From Moniliella sp. 'wahieum' (Eukaryota), in the NCBI GenBank assembly GCA_003971905.1, contig RSEE01000060.1, forward strand, positions 62,001 to 126,000: DNA of 64,000 nucleotides, written 5' to 3'. A program made the position numbers and the translations under genes. The notes below the pieces were generated by a model. The model ran no database searches. It was not told the DNA's origin and saw nothing but the letters and a program-made list of their open reading frames with translations. Below, in pieces: positions 39,742 through 52,753 of the stretch; positions within the stretch are counted from its first letter, which is position 1, and each line of letters opens with the position of its first letter.

Positions 39742-42597
39742 CCGCCAGCTCACCAGACAATATTGGTGTGGTAGCGTAAAAAGCGCAAATAAAGACACGG
39801 GGGCGCGCAGGATTATCCAGCGTGGCCTAAAGACTGGCAGAGAACCATGCGATCCACAAAATAAAAGAGGGAGAAATCCTCCACAGCCCACGCTCGGGAG
39901 GAGGTCTGGAGGTATAGGGAAATGCCTGTGTGGTGAATATATTCTGTGGTCCCCGTTCATCCCCTTCTTCGCTATCTTTTGCCAGAGAGGCGACAATACA
40001 GATGACACAAACCAAGAGTGTACCACTCGTGACCAGTGCCTTGTACTCCATGAGGTTGTGGCTGATTGAGAGGTCGGTCAAGAGAATTCGCTCCTATACA
40101 TCGTCGAAACAGAGGCGGATGATTATGATGAGATCAATGATGAGAGAGGTTACTACTAGTAGGGAGGGCAGACACATGATCTTGACAATGGGCAAACGGT
40201 GGCGATATCGTTCGCTTGGGCCAAAAGCAAATCTATTACAGAGGCCATTACCGCTTTTTAGCAAGTCTCTCGCCAGATTGCCCACGCCGGTCACAATAAG
40301 CAGAACGGTGGTGCACGCTTAGAATGAGACACAGATTGAAAAGAATCATTCATTACCCCCTCTCATCCTGGGAGGGAACGGCACCCATAGGCAAATGGCG
40401 CTTCCGACTGGGACAGGTTCTTTTGTCAGAGAGGCACCCCCTCCCAATCAGACCGGGGCGACAGCCCCCTCTCTAATAGGCTCCATATCGCACGATGCTA
40501 ACTGTGCATTGCTTTACCCCGGCGCTACTCTTGATACAGGTGACGGGGTGACGGTGACCGAGCCAGGACGAGCGCATCCTCTCCCCTTTTGTCTCCCTTA
40601 CCTGGGTTAGACCGACGTCAAACTAGGCCGGCTTGTCTCGGAACGTTGAACGCCGCTGAGCACGTTAAGCAAACCCACATGCGCTCTGTTGTGTCCAATT
40701 TAAACGGAACTTGTTCCCATCGATCTATGCAACTAGTAGTAGGATCAAGTCCCTTTCGTACGGCCGAGGTGGCCCGTGCATGAGCTTCTCTGAATCCTGA
40801 CTTAATGATCCTACTCGTCAATTTGGTCTCTTTGGCCTTGGACGCGAGTGTGCTCTAACTTGAGCCTCCGGATCTGGACGTCAGTTTCCTGATCTGAGCG
40901 TTTCCTTCTCGTTGTGTGATGCTCCCCTCATGCCTTTTTGAGTTTCTGCCTGAGGGCGGAGATCCTTTCCTTTACTTGCGCCTTTCTGATTTTGACTGTT
41001 CCTGTTCCTGGCTGAGTGTAGGGACATTTCCTTACTTTGGTTCGCTCCTTTCTTCTGAGAGCCCTTATCTCGATTCCGCCCCTCTTTCGTCGTTGTGTTT
41101 TGCTATTCGTTGTACCTGCCTATATATGACCCTTGATCCGCGCATGATCCTTTTCCCCTCTACTGAATGGTCATTCTCCGTCTTTTTTCTTCTCATTTCG
41201 TCTTGCTTTCGTCATCTTTCTTCGTCATCTTCGTCGTCGTCGTTTCATTCGTCCTCCTTTCTTTCCTCTTCGTCCTTGTACAACATCCCTTACCAATCCA
41301 TCCTTTTCATCCATCACAGGCAACTCCCGTGTTTTACTCTTAGTTCACCATCACAGCAGTCCCACCGACTTTTTGCTTCCAGCGACCATCTCTTGGTCTT
41401 CCAACATCCCTTCGACTGGGTATCCATTGCCGTCGATCCTCTTTCAGTCTCATCTGTACGGATCACATGGCGATCCTACAAGAGAGTTAAATTGTTCTGT
41501 AACAGGACATGTCAAACCCTATCTTTGCCTGCGTCAACTTCCAGCCCGAACTTTAGGACCACACCACTACAGGCGTGCTAGTCTTGCTCGTTTTGGGCCC
41601 ACCGCAACTTGCCGCCACGAGAGCGAACACTCAATGGAGAGGCCTCACATCCCCTCTAGCTCCGTTCGGATCTGCCAGTACAGTGGTCGGGCTTGATCAA
41701 CCGTAAGAACCTGTCCTCCTCCAAGGGAAAGCACCCCTAAACTATGGGCCGGGCCCCAGTCCGGGATCCACCCATGACGGCTCTCACCCACTGAAGCAGA
41801 GCTGGAGAATATATCAGTCAAGGGTTGATGTTACGTTTGGCCCAGGCCACAGTACAGCCGCAGTCCTGTTTCGATGTGAGGAATAGATGAAATCGATGAA
41901 AGAGGAGGCAGAAGCATTGGGATACATTTGGCACTTTGTGTTATTAATAGAAGCGAAGAATGCCGCGCATATACCGTCAAGTATACTATGACGAATGCAT
42001 AGATCTCTCCACGAGAGCTCTCTATTGCGTCGTGGAGAGATGATAGCTTCTTCTGACAGACCCTCTGCGGTCCTGTAGACACTCCGGGTAGGACGGGGGC
42101 CATATCCTAGATCAGACCTATCAATATCAGGCCTATCCGGGCCGTCCATGGTTTGCTCACTTCACGTTCGACATCAACAGTCTGGCCGGGGTGCCAACCC
42201 AGTGCCTCGCTCTTCCGGCAGGTTTGAAGCTTCAATATTCAAGCTTCAAGAGCTAGCATAAAGCACGATGCGTGACGCGTGATGCATGGGCCACCCTTCT
42301 GTACCCTTCTGCACCCTACTCTTCAACCTCAAGCCGCCGGTCGTGAATACTCGCAGTTCGCAGCCCAGGCAAGTAAAACTTCAATTACAAGCTCTGAGGG
42401 AATCGGGGAAGATGCCCATCGCTCAGGCGCTCAGGTCCTCAGGCGCTCAGCAAGCCGCGCGCCACGTTGGATGTGCGCCAGTACTCAGACTGAGTGTACT
42501 GAGTACTACTCAGTGCTGCGGGCTGGACACTGTGACATGCCACACGAGGAAGTGCTATCGGATGATACTCTTAGTGCCTTCAGCCTTCGCTTGCTTC

Positions 42598-42730
42598 TGT
42601 TGGAGAGTAGTGCCTAATGCTGGGGTTCCCCTGCACGGCCCTCGGTAGATCGGTGACGCTCACTTAGCCGGGCGGAAGAGTTCCGCTCGCAGGGCGCGCA
42701 CGCCCTGCTCGCTTCATCTCCCTTCTCTCT
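42598..42730 (+). mobile_element. Truncated LTR fragment, family B
   Basis: Starts TGTTGGAG and aligns with 44225-44350 (GATCGGTGACGCTC...TTCCGCTCGCAGG..GCGCACGCCCTGCTCGCT..CATCTCCCTTCTCTCT). Confidence 0.85.
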
Positions 42731-43914
42731 GTCATCATGCATCAGGCCTCAGGGGTCACCGGTCATCCAACAGTCAGCATCCTCCTTTATCCCACCTTCC
42801 ATTCTCGCCCCTTCCCACATTTCTTATCCAACTCCTGACCGTTTCCAGCCAATTGATTGAGTAATACAGGCAACCTCTCGTCTCCACTTAGCTGCCTCAT
42901 CTTCATCATCCAACCTCATCGCCCAGTCGCGCGAACTTTCCTTCAGTGGCGTCGATTCCCCCTACCACAGCATATCGCGTGGGTTCCTTTCACAGCTACG
43001 TCGACGGCCGCCCCTTCCCAGCTTCAGCTCTGGCAGTGTTTTCCCTCCACTGCACCTACCCGTCCCTAAGCCCCGGACGCTTCAGACACGTTACTACCCC
43101 CAAGCGGCGCATACGCAGCCTTGGCACGCGTACAGCCGCCTCGGATTCACGCCACCAAATAGCCCAAACCTGAAACTACCGTGAGTACTCCACCTAAGGG
43201 ATTGCACCCCATCAACCTGGGTGAGAGCCTCCTGGCAGGGCCCAGGGTAAGGATCGAGCCCCCATCCACCGATCATCCTTGCTCCATCCCCTCCCATGTC
43301 CCACCGATCCCCTTCTTGTCCCCCCTTGCCCCCCCCGCCCCCCCCCTCAATTGCTCTCGACCACTCCGCCTTGTGCCTCGGTTACTATTTGCACCACCGC
43401 CCCTCTTTGAGCCAGTCAGAGACGCGTCGGGTGGTCATCCGTCTTCGAAATAAGCATTGTGGGGAGTCGGCATCCCTGTGGCCATGGCGCCGGCAGTGGC
43501 GGCACAACTCTCGGCGCGGATTGAAGGCACACTGTGCTCGAGCGTGGTCGTTGGTGCGGCAAGGGGGGCACCGCCAGTGAGCACGGGTGGGGGGCATTGT
43601 AAGGTAGTGGAGGACGCGTCGACGCGACTTAGGTGTCATTTAGGTGTGATATGCCCGATTATTAGCCAGCTGGCGCAGCAAGCCTCCCCCCGTCACGTGC
43701 AGGCAAGGGAGCAGTAGGGTTGTTGGCGGATTTGATGGGTACTCGTATATGGAACTAAAGGATACTCACCGGTCACGCGTCGCCGTTGCCCCATACATCG
43801 AGATGGAGCAGAGGTGGGTCGATGAACGTTGGAGACAAGCCAGTATAATATTTCGGTGGTGGATATACGTGTACACTTTTTGATCCGTTCCGAGTGTCGC
43901 AATGGGAGAATGTA

Positions 43915-44215
43915 TGTAAGGTCGGAGGAACCCAAAAGGAATTGGGTGGAGAGCCTGTGAAAAAGTAGAGCAAACCAAAGGCAATGGTGGCGCCATCAAG
44001 CCTTACGGGCTCAGAGCCTCTCATGCACATGCTACACCACTTGGAAGAAACAGGGGGTTCGAACCACCAGCCAGGTGTATACACATGGAGGCTTCGAAGG
44101 CCAAGCTTGAAGCTTGAAGAAAGAGGGGACAAAAGAACGATTAATGGTATGCGATAAATCGACCAGGCACTCAGGGCTCAGGAGCTTAGGCGCCTTGGCC
44201 TACGCACGGCCAACA
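43915..44215 (-). mobile_element. Diverged LTR related to family A, inverted, with insertions
   Basis: TGTAAG..CGGAGGAACCCAA..ATTGGGTG..GTAGAGCAA..GGAGGCTTCG..AGGCGCCTTGGCCTA..CCAACA matches the reverse complement of 1138-1351; no TSD found. Confidence 0.8.
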
Positions 44216-44224
44216 AGACGGATC

Positions 44225-44479
44225 TGTTAGAGGGTACTGCTAGGGTTCTCCTGCGCGGCCCTCAATGGATCGGTGACGCTCGCCTAGCCGAGCGGAAGCG
44301 TTCCGCTCGCAGGCCGCGCACGCCCTGCTCGCTCCATCTCCCTTCTCTCTCTCCTTTCTCCTTCCCTTCAGACGTTGCTTGAAGACTTGTGGCTCACCAC
44401 TTTGCCTTCACGCCTTGTCTGAAGGCTGCTTTGCAGCTGATCCATAGGATCGCGAGTGCTCTCAAGTCGCACTCTAGCA
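44225..44479 (+). mobile_element. Solo LTR, family B (255 bp)
   Basis: TGTTAGAG...CTCTAGCA imperfect inverted termini; perfect TSD GGATC (44220-44224 and 44480-44484). Confidence 0.9.
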
Positions 44480-44739
44480 GGATCTTGGTCTGGGTTAGAA
44501 CGAAGAAAGGAATGGCAGAGTACCTAAGAGGATCGGGACACGAATGCTGATGTGTGGTACATGTGACAGACACCCTCAGGTATTCAATTTTCAATGTTTA
44601 GTTAGCACTTGGCGTTTATAAAATTGTTCCAGGCCATTCGCTCTCGCCTGCTGGTAGTACATACTACGGCCTGCCTAATCTTGATGATCTGGATAATTGA
44701 TAATCGGAAACCAGATGGTCGGAGTGGGCGATTGGTGAT

Positions 44740-47520
44740 CTGTGATCGATGATCTAGATGATCGGGAACGATGTGATGCATGTGACGCTGACGAGAGTGA
44801 TAAAGCTTAAAGCGACTAGAGGCTAGTGGGGAGGGCTGCTGCTATGTTGGTAGTGAGTAATTGTACGTATTGATGGGGAAGCTACAAATAAATCTGACAC
44901 ATGTGATTCACAGGGCCTTGGCTTCACGCATCATGCACATCATGCATCATAATGATCGATGCACTATGTCCATGTGCAACGTTCAACGTTCATATTCTTA
45001 GATCTTGCCCGTTAGCGCGTTAGCGTTCCACGTTACGCCGGGAGTGTCATGCATCACCCATTGCATCCCGCGTGCTGGGCAGGCCCGCTCGTCGCGTTGC
45101 GCATTCCAACGATGCCGGTGCCAGTATGGCCTCTATGTCCGCTGCGAACCGAGCACGAAGAAACCCGTTTTTGCCACGTGTGGGCGGGGGTGATGCAGGT
45201 GATGCTCAGGGCTCACTGTGGTAGCTGCAGTTAAGCTAGGCTGGTGCCAGCGACCCCGCGCCTCTTCAGCACACCTCTTGGTGGAGCGCGATGCACATTG
45301 TGCACGCTGGACACGATTCGGTGCCAGCGGTGGTGAGCCTGGTGAGGTTGGTGACCGGTGACCGGTGAGGCCCGAGGTGCGGCGGGGTGGGCTTGGACCT
45401 TGGGGCGCCACACGACGCACATAGTGCAGAGTGCCTCTATACGGTCTACGCGGGGCACACATTTGGGTACTGAACACGTTAAACGTACTGAGTACTGAGT
45501 TCAGTAGTAATGATCCTGGTGACCCAGCGACGTCCTAAGTGCAGTTATGCAATGACAGAGAGAGACAGGAGCTAGGTTGAACGTTGAACCCAGACTGAGG
45601 ATCAGAAGAAGAAGGAGAAGAATGAGAAGAAAGGAGAGCGGCACTAGGCCAGGGGATAGGGATACTGGTGTGGTGCCCGGATGAGTAAGATGGTCAGGAG
45701 TGCCGCGGAGGTGGCTGGCCCATAGGACCCTGGTCAACAAGTAGTGAACTCACTGTTGGGACCCGTGGTCCCGTACTTAGGCCAAGGCGCCTCATCACCC
45801 TTCACCCCTGATTTGTCCTCCGAAGCCTCCACGTGTATACTCAGGCTTGTCTGAACCCCTGTCTCTAGGTGTGGCACAAGGCTTAGACCTCAACCACCAC
45901 CATCGCGATTGCATTGCTCTACATTTCCAGAGGTTCTTCACCCAATCCCTTGGGTTCCTCGGTCTTACACTCACTGACTACCGAATGCCAATAGCCTTTG
46001 GGCTTTTCTGTTGGTCATCGAGCAGTGTCATTCATGTCTTCATTGAATATTGAGTAGTGCACTATACAGCCACTAAAGCTAGTCACTGTGGCATGTGAAT
46101 GTGACATGTGGCAGATCACCGATTTTCATCATACGTCACGCGTCACACGTCATAGCCACCACGCATCCGGAAGAACCCTCACTTGATTGAAAATGGGTAA
46201 TCGAAAATCGATCTAATCAGTACTCAGTAACTCAGTACTCACAGTAATTCAGTGGCGGCGGCGTGGGGGCTTGGGAGGCTGAGGCGCAGCTGTTAAACTG
46301 GACGGAGGCCCGCGGAGGCACTGGTCCGGCCTCAGGCCAGGTTTGAGGCCACTCCTGAGGCCCAAATAAGACTGAGCTTCACAGGTAAGGCGCTGAGCCG
46401 CTCAGGCTGAGGGGGCTCCCGTCAACGCTCAGCGACCGCCTAAGCCTCAGATCCTGGAGGCTATCTTGCAACGGGTGGCGCAACAGGGCGCAACGTGTAT
46501 CCCCCTATTAAGCTTTGTAATGGCCTTGGACCGAACCGAGATACGCCAATGTTGTCCGACTCAGTGCGCAGTCTCGACTAGCCTAGTAGCTAGTAGAGGG
46601 AGCAGCGACTAGTGAGCTAGTGACCTGACCTTGGCGCTGCCAGCAGGCCCTGCATTCAGCAATTCGATACAGATCGATGATCATCAATCTCGATGCATGT
46701 CTGCCCCATGGAAACGTACCCCCCGTACTATCCTTTAATGCTCGCTCTCTTCTTTTTACGTGTTGCTGCGTTCTGAACGACGCACTAACCATGTTCAAAA
46801 CGCCTTGCGCTTAACCCCGCCGTCGGCGCAGTCCAGCAAAAGGCAAGCAACGTGCCCTGTTTGCCCCCAGCGCCTCAGCTCCAACAGCATCACCGCGGGC
46901 GTCGCGCGTCGTTTTTGAGATAGGAGGCCCATATACGCAGTACGGATGGGCATATCAAGCCCTGTGACGGGTGGCGCTGTCTGTCAGAGAGTGTGCCAGC
47001 AACGCCAGCAACGTTAGCAACGTTAGCAACGCCCTTGCGTGCGTTGGCAGCACACGCACAGCGTAGCGCCCCCCAGGCAGCACGACGCAGCCGCACGCAG
47101 CCCCCAACGCACTTCGTTCCCAGCCCAGGCACAGGAAGGCACGCCTGTGCGAGTGGAACGAGGCGCCGTCTGCTGCTGTCTGCTGCCTCGCTGGGCAGCT
47201 CTGCCACCGCGCATCCTGCACCCTGCATCATGCACATGCATCACCGATCGTTGGTCACGCATCGCACATTATGCGTCACTGCATCACTGGTCACCGGTAA
47301 CTAGCTTCACTAGCATTACTAGATCACGAAGTCACCAGCTAGTCACTAGCACTAGTCACTAGCGCTAGTCACTGGTCCCTAGTCCCAGGCTCTGTCCCAA
47401 TCGCTAAGCCTAGGCCCTCGTTGCTCGTCACGTGTCGCATGTCATGCATCATGCATCATGCACCATGCATCACCGGCCACTGACATCATATATCATGCGT
47501 CATGTATCATACATCACAAC
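44740..47520. repeat. Extended zone of 7-bp-period palindromic repeats upstream of the zinc-finger gene
   Basis: AACGTT-C x2 near 44978, ACCGGT-G x2 at 45354, AGTACT runs near 45485 and 46218, ACTAGT-C runs at 47340-47375, ATGCAT-C x2 at 47444. Confidence 0.85.
45754..45969. mobile_element. Solo LTR, family A (216 bp)
   Basis: TGTTGGG...CTTACA; perfect TSD CTCAC (45749-45753 and 45970-45974); near-identical to 1138-1351. Confidence 0.92.
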
Positions 47521-47581
47521 ACCCGCCGCTCCGGCCGAAGACAGACTGACCTTCTGCCACGGCCTGCAACGGGAGCCACGC

Positions 47582-49650
47582 ATGTCAATATTCATTTTGA
47601 ACGCGCAGCATCACTGTGCCCAGACCAGCGCGACATACACCCTGGTCGCGCATGGAGCCCCCATCGGCCGGCCATTGCCTTCCGACAAACCGACACGGGC
47701 GCTTGGCCACAGCCACCTGCCCACCCTCTCCGCCTTCTCCATCCGCTCCAGCTTCTGTGCCCTCGTCCTCTTCATCCTCTTCATCCTCTCCACCGGCACC
47801 CTCCCCCGTACCACGCCAGCCTCTCTACCCTGCCCCCATGCGTCCCGTCGCAAGGCTACCCAAGCCGCCTGCCAGCGTGCCCAGCAGCTCCAGCAGCTCC
47901 CACCGCACCGCCGGCGCCCCGCCACGTCCCCTGCGCTCGCCGGTACCTACGACCCCACGCTACAAGACCGTTATGACCACCCCATCCCCCCTGTTCCCGC
48001 CGTCGCCCCCCCTCCTTTCTGGGCTACCGCAGCTGCCGCAGCACAGGCGACAAGCCTTGCTATCCCTCCGCAGGCTCTCCCCCATCCGCGCCACCCTGCT
48101 CGGCTCGAGCGCCCCCAAGACCTGGCATCCCTCGAGGCGCAGCGGCTCGACTCGTATGCCCAATTCAAACACTTTCTCGGTCTTGAAAAGGACGCGGACT
48201 TGCCCCCCGTATGCTCCCCAAGCGCTCTCGTGAACGGGATGGTTGCGTTACCGTCCCAGGTCAAGACCCCGTCCCAGGCTTCGGGCTTGGTATTTCCGCC
48301 TTCTGGCGTCTCTCCACGTTCAAGTCTGCCTGACGGGGCCCCGGCGCATCCAAACGCCAATCCACAAACTTCTGTCCCACCTGCTTCACTCAGTCTCGAT
48401 CGCCTGACATTCAGCTTTGATCCCTCGGGCGCCGACTTGGCCCCTGTTGTTCTGGCTGGTAGCCAACCCGTGTTTACCACTCATGCGCTCCCTCTGGTCA
48501 CAGCGCCACCGCCCCCCTGCATTCTAGCGCAGGACTGCAAGAGTGCCGAAGGGGTTTTTCGATCCGGACGCGAGGAGCGCACCGTTTCTCACATGTCGGT
48601 TGGCAAATCGACTGGCTCGCGCCGCTCGCATCCATACCGCTTGGATACCAAGAACCACCGCCGCAGCCCCTCGAACGTTTCAGACCGGTCTGATTTGAGT
48701 CCAAAGGCATCTCCCCTTGACGGGAAGGCGGCTACGCTTCCCGTACTTGCTCCGCATTCACCCATAAGCACAACCTCAGGCTCAGAGCAGTCCCGAGCCG
48801 AAAGTGCACTTGACTCACCGGCAAGCCAGACGCCCAGCGTCTTATCTCCTCCGCAGTCGGCCGGTGAAGCATCTACGGACCGCCGCCTCTCGCACCTGTC
48901 CACCTCGGATACCGGATTGGCAGAATTGGGGTTGTCTAACAAGCCCATCCACAATCTCCAAGTAACCACGGCCAAGACCAAGGCTGCCTCGGTGTCGCGT
49001 CGAAAAGCAGCGGCGCCCTTCAAGTGTCCTGTTCCTGGCTGTGAGAGCTCGTTTACGCGGGCTCTCAACTTGCGTGGTCATCTCCGCTCCCACACGGACG
49101 AACGTCCATACTCATGCCGGTACTGCGAGCGGTCCTTTGCCCGTGCCCACGATAAGCGGCGACATGAGAAGTTGGTGCGTATCCCCTTCTGTCTTGTTTT
49201 TCCTCAGCCAAACTGACATCCTCCCGGAAGCATTTGAATATCCGTCCTCATACCTGTGAAAGTTGCGGCAAGATGTTTGCGCGTGTAGATGCCCTGAACC
49301 GCCACCACCGCCAAGAAGGGGAGGTGTGCGTTCCTCGGTCCGAGAGCGGTACTTCCCCGATGCCTACAGGACCGACCCCCATGGCCCCTTCGCCCGTGGG
49401 TCAGATCTTGACCCCTACCCTACCCTATCCCCCACCGCAACTGTCCTATGCCTCATTCGGCTCTGCGTCATCAGCAAGCAGCCCTCTGGCACCGCCCACT
49501 ATGCCAACGACGGAGCTGCTCGTGCCGCACCTTCCCATGTTGGCCGACTGTAACCCCGCCGGACCGCCTATGGCCTACGTTCCTCTTGTGCCCGATGGAC
49601 TTTCGGACCCAGGGATCTGGGCCCCGCGCTTTGCTGGCCACGTGTTGTGA
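47582..49650 (+). CDS. C2H2 zinc-finger transcription factor, Crz1-like
   Basis: FKCPVPGCESSFTRALNLRGHLRSHTDERPYSCRYCERSFARAHDKRRHEKL|H..HTCESCGKMFARVDALNRH; intron 49175-49230; Ser/Pro-rich N-terminus; start codon uncertain. Confidence 0.9.
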
Positions 49651-52600
49651 TGACGGGTTGCTTACTGGCCCTTTTCCTTTCCCCTTTCCTTTCCCCTTTC
49701 CTTTTCCTTGTTCCTCTGTCGCACCTCAGTTACCTATTGGCTTGCCCTGATATATGACCACCCTATATATTTCTCCTCCCCTCCTCCTCCGCCCCTCAAA
49801 CCACTCCCCTGCGTGCTGGCCTTCGGCTTGCGGCTTTGTCTCCATTCCCTTGGAGATGCCGCCTTACTATCTTAGCCTGCCCCCTCCCTTCTTCCTCTTT
49901 CGGCTCCTACAACTCAGTTTCGACATTGGCAGGGCGAGGGGAACTCTATGAGAATTCAAGGCAAGGGGTGGGAGGCTGGGGGGCTGAATACTTTTGTTGC
50001 TATTTGGGGGCTCATCGGCCACCAGTGCACGTTCACACGTTCACACGCGAAAGCGCATCTAAACATTACTTCTACGCTCTCGCGCTCATCTTGATGGCCT
50101 GTGGGTGGGTGTTGCGGTTATCAGGTACTGGTATAGGGAGTGTGCCGAGGCCACATACTCGTACAGCCATGCCGATGCTTATGAATGATGTACTGCATGG
50201 CCGGCCCACGACGTCTCGGCTGAAAGGCTGAGGCTGAGTAACTGAACTGAGTGCTCCTGACACCTGACATAGTTTGCTCACTGTGGGGTTTCTGCCGAGG
50301 CATGTGGGACAAAGTGAGGCCTGAGGGCCTGGGGAAGCGCTAAGCTGAGCTCGCGTTGTCCCCGCCGTCCCCACGCTGGCTAGTGGACTAGGACTAGGCT
50401 AGACTACTCTTGCGCAGGTCGGTCGGGGCGAGGGGTGGCTGAAAGCTTAATAGCCAGGCTCAAACTACAGCTGGCTAGCAGCGTGCACCATGCGGTCGTG
50501 GGCGAGTGTTGCGGTGGGGGCACTTTGATCGATCATCGATCCATGCTCGGTGACCGGTGAATGTTGACCGGTGACCCCGTGGGGGCTAGGCACTAGGGAG
50601 GGGGGTGGGACGGTCCCATACATGCCCCCGCGAAGCCCGGTACAAGTGACTGGTGGCTAGGATATAGTGCGTATGACATCACAGTGAAGCTTGAAGCTGG
50701 AGGTCACGACTTCTCAAGTGCCTTTGTTCCCAGGCGCAGTCGCTGCGCGGGCATCTCGAGATTCCCATCTACTCTACCAGATCCATTGTCCTCCCGCGCT
50801 CCTCAGTTCGACATTTGAGTTGGACGTTAGACTGACCAACCCTCGGCCTCATTAATCATTTCGGCTCCGACGCGCGACTGGGGGCATCGATGACGATGAC
50901 TATAGCGAGGCGGAAAGAGACGCAGCTGTATGTAGACACGGATGCATTTCGGTGCTGCTGTGGCTCTCGCGGGGGGCCGGTGAGTTCATCTGCTTGTGGA
51001 ATATGGAAGGCTTGTGCGTGGAGGCCGGAGGGGACGCGTGTTGTCGCAGGTAGTACGGGTAATGTATGTATCTGATGCATGACTCAATGATGAACAATTC
51101 ACACAGGAAAGCGTTTTTGGTTAGAGCGTTTTTATTCGTCGGTCTCGGAGTCTGCCGACCCGGCCGCGCCGACCAGCAACTGCCGAACGCGGAGCATCGG
51201 CCGAAAGAATCCTCAAGACATCCCCCCACACTAGGGCCGTATACTAGGCAGGGACACGCTCTGCTGCTCCACCTACATAGCATTTTTCCAAGAGACGTAG
51301 GCTCGTGTCTCTTTCCATGTCCCAGGCATCGATCATCCCATCGATCCCTCTCCCCCGTCGGGTCCCGAGGGACTATAGGGAGCACCATCCCCGCCTTGCA
51401 TCTTCCTCTCTCCCCTTTCTCTCCTCCGTCGCGGTCGTGTCGGCCATTGCATGAAACCTAAGTATAGTAGCCCTCCGATTCCGGACGCGACGATCGATGA
51501 TTGGTGAAATACCACATAGCTAATCGAAAATGCCGGTAACAAGGTTCCGGATAGATATGTGAGGACTACGTACGAAATTCAAGGTGGGCAAGGCCCACAA
51601 GATTGTGAACCAGAAATTTCGATTAGCCATGCAACGTGTTGTGGGTGGGTGTGTTGGTCAAAACTGTAGGGATTTTTACACAACACAACACTATACGGTG
51701 TTGGGGAACTTGATTGGCTGTGGCTATATATAGAGCTGACTATAGTGAGTGGCGCATACAGATGCATACCACGTGCTTTTTTGTTTGTACCACAGGAGAA
51801 CCCCATTGTTTACCAATGGTAAGTTCTCCAGAACAAAAAAGATCAAGCGCCTAAAAAGTCACGAAGTGAAGAGTGGACGCCAGTCTCCGTCAACGTTCAA
51901 CTTAACTCGTATTAGTATACTCAGTGGGGAAGATGATCGAATGACCGCGCGTCAGTACTCAGTGTTAATAGACGATGTGCTACCTTCCTCTCAGCTTCAA
52001 GCTTCACTAGCACGACTCGAACACCGAACCATTGAATTTATCGGACAACCTACTTTTGTGAGCTGAAGTCCCCTATAGCCAACAGGCCTTTTAGAGGCAC
52101 GAGCAGAAAAAGTTATGTAGTAGTTTTCCCTCTGCCCCTTAGCGTCATCGACCTCATCGATGGCCGATCATTAATTTATCGTCACACGCGTCACCTAACG
52201 TCGTTGCTCTCTTTCTGTGCCTTTGTGTTTCACCCCATTCTTGCTGCCAGAGTAAGACTGGTGTACGTTGCGAAGACTTACTCATAAGCAACCTACAGCA
52301 TACCAAGGAGATCCGGAAAGACACAACGAAGGTGAGACAACGGGGGATCCTCGATCCGAGGACTATAAGTAGGCGAGACGAGGAAGAAATATTTGTGTTT
52401 TTTTGTGTGGTTTCTGCCGACGCCCGTTTGCTCCTCCGGCCACAGGCCACCTCAGGCCGGCCTTAGGCTCGAAGTGGTAAAAGCTTAAGAAGACTACACT
52501 GTATGCATGTGCTATCCAGGGGACTGGCACCTAACATCGCGTTGTTATCATATGCAACGCCAATATCCACCCGCAAGGGTCAAGTAGAAAGGAAAATGAG

Positions 52601-52753
52601 GTGTCGCTGCTCTAAGTAGGAACGGTAAAAGGGCACAACAACAATTTTGAGCCCACCACAGCCGCATCATATCATACCAATGATGTGGGCTTTGAAAAAA
52701 AGGAAAAAAAATAAGTGTAGGTGACGGAGCCTTCCCTTCAAGCGTCAGCTTGT

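Noticed and set aside
1138..45969. The two family-A LTRs as the ends of one 45-kb element
   Set aside because: Each has its own different 5-bp TSD, so they are independent solo LTRs.
47432..47580. ORF-track start of the zinc-finger protein (MSHVMHHASC...)
   Set aside because: Non-ATG start lying in ATGCAT-C repeat DNA; unlikely to be coding.
50890..51075. WD40-like snippet (AWRPEGTRVVAGS)
   Set aside because: A single short resemblance followed by a stop; insufficient support.
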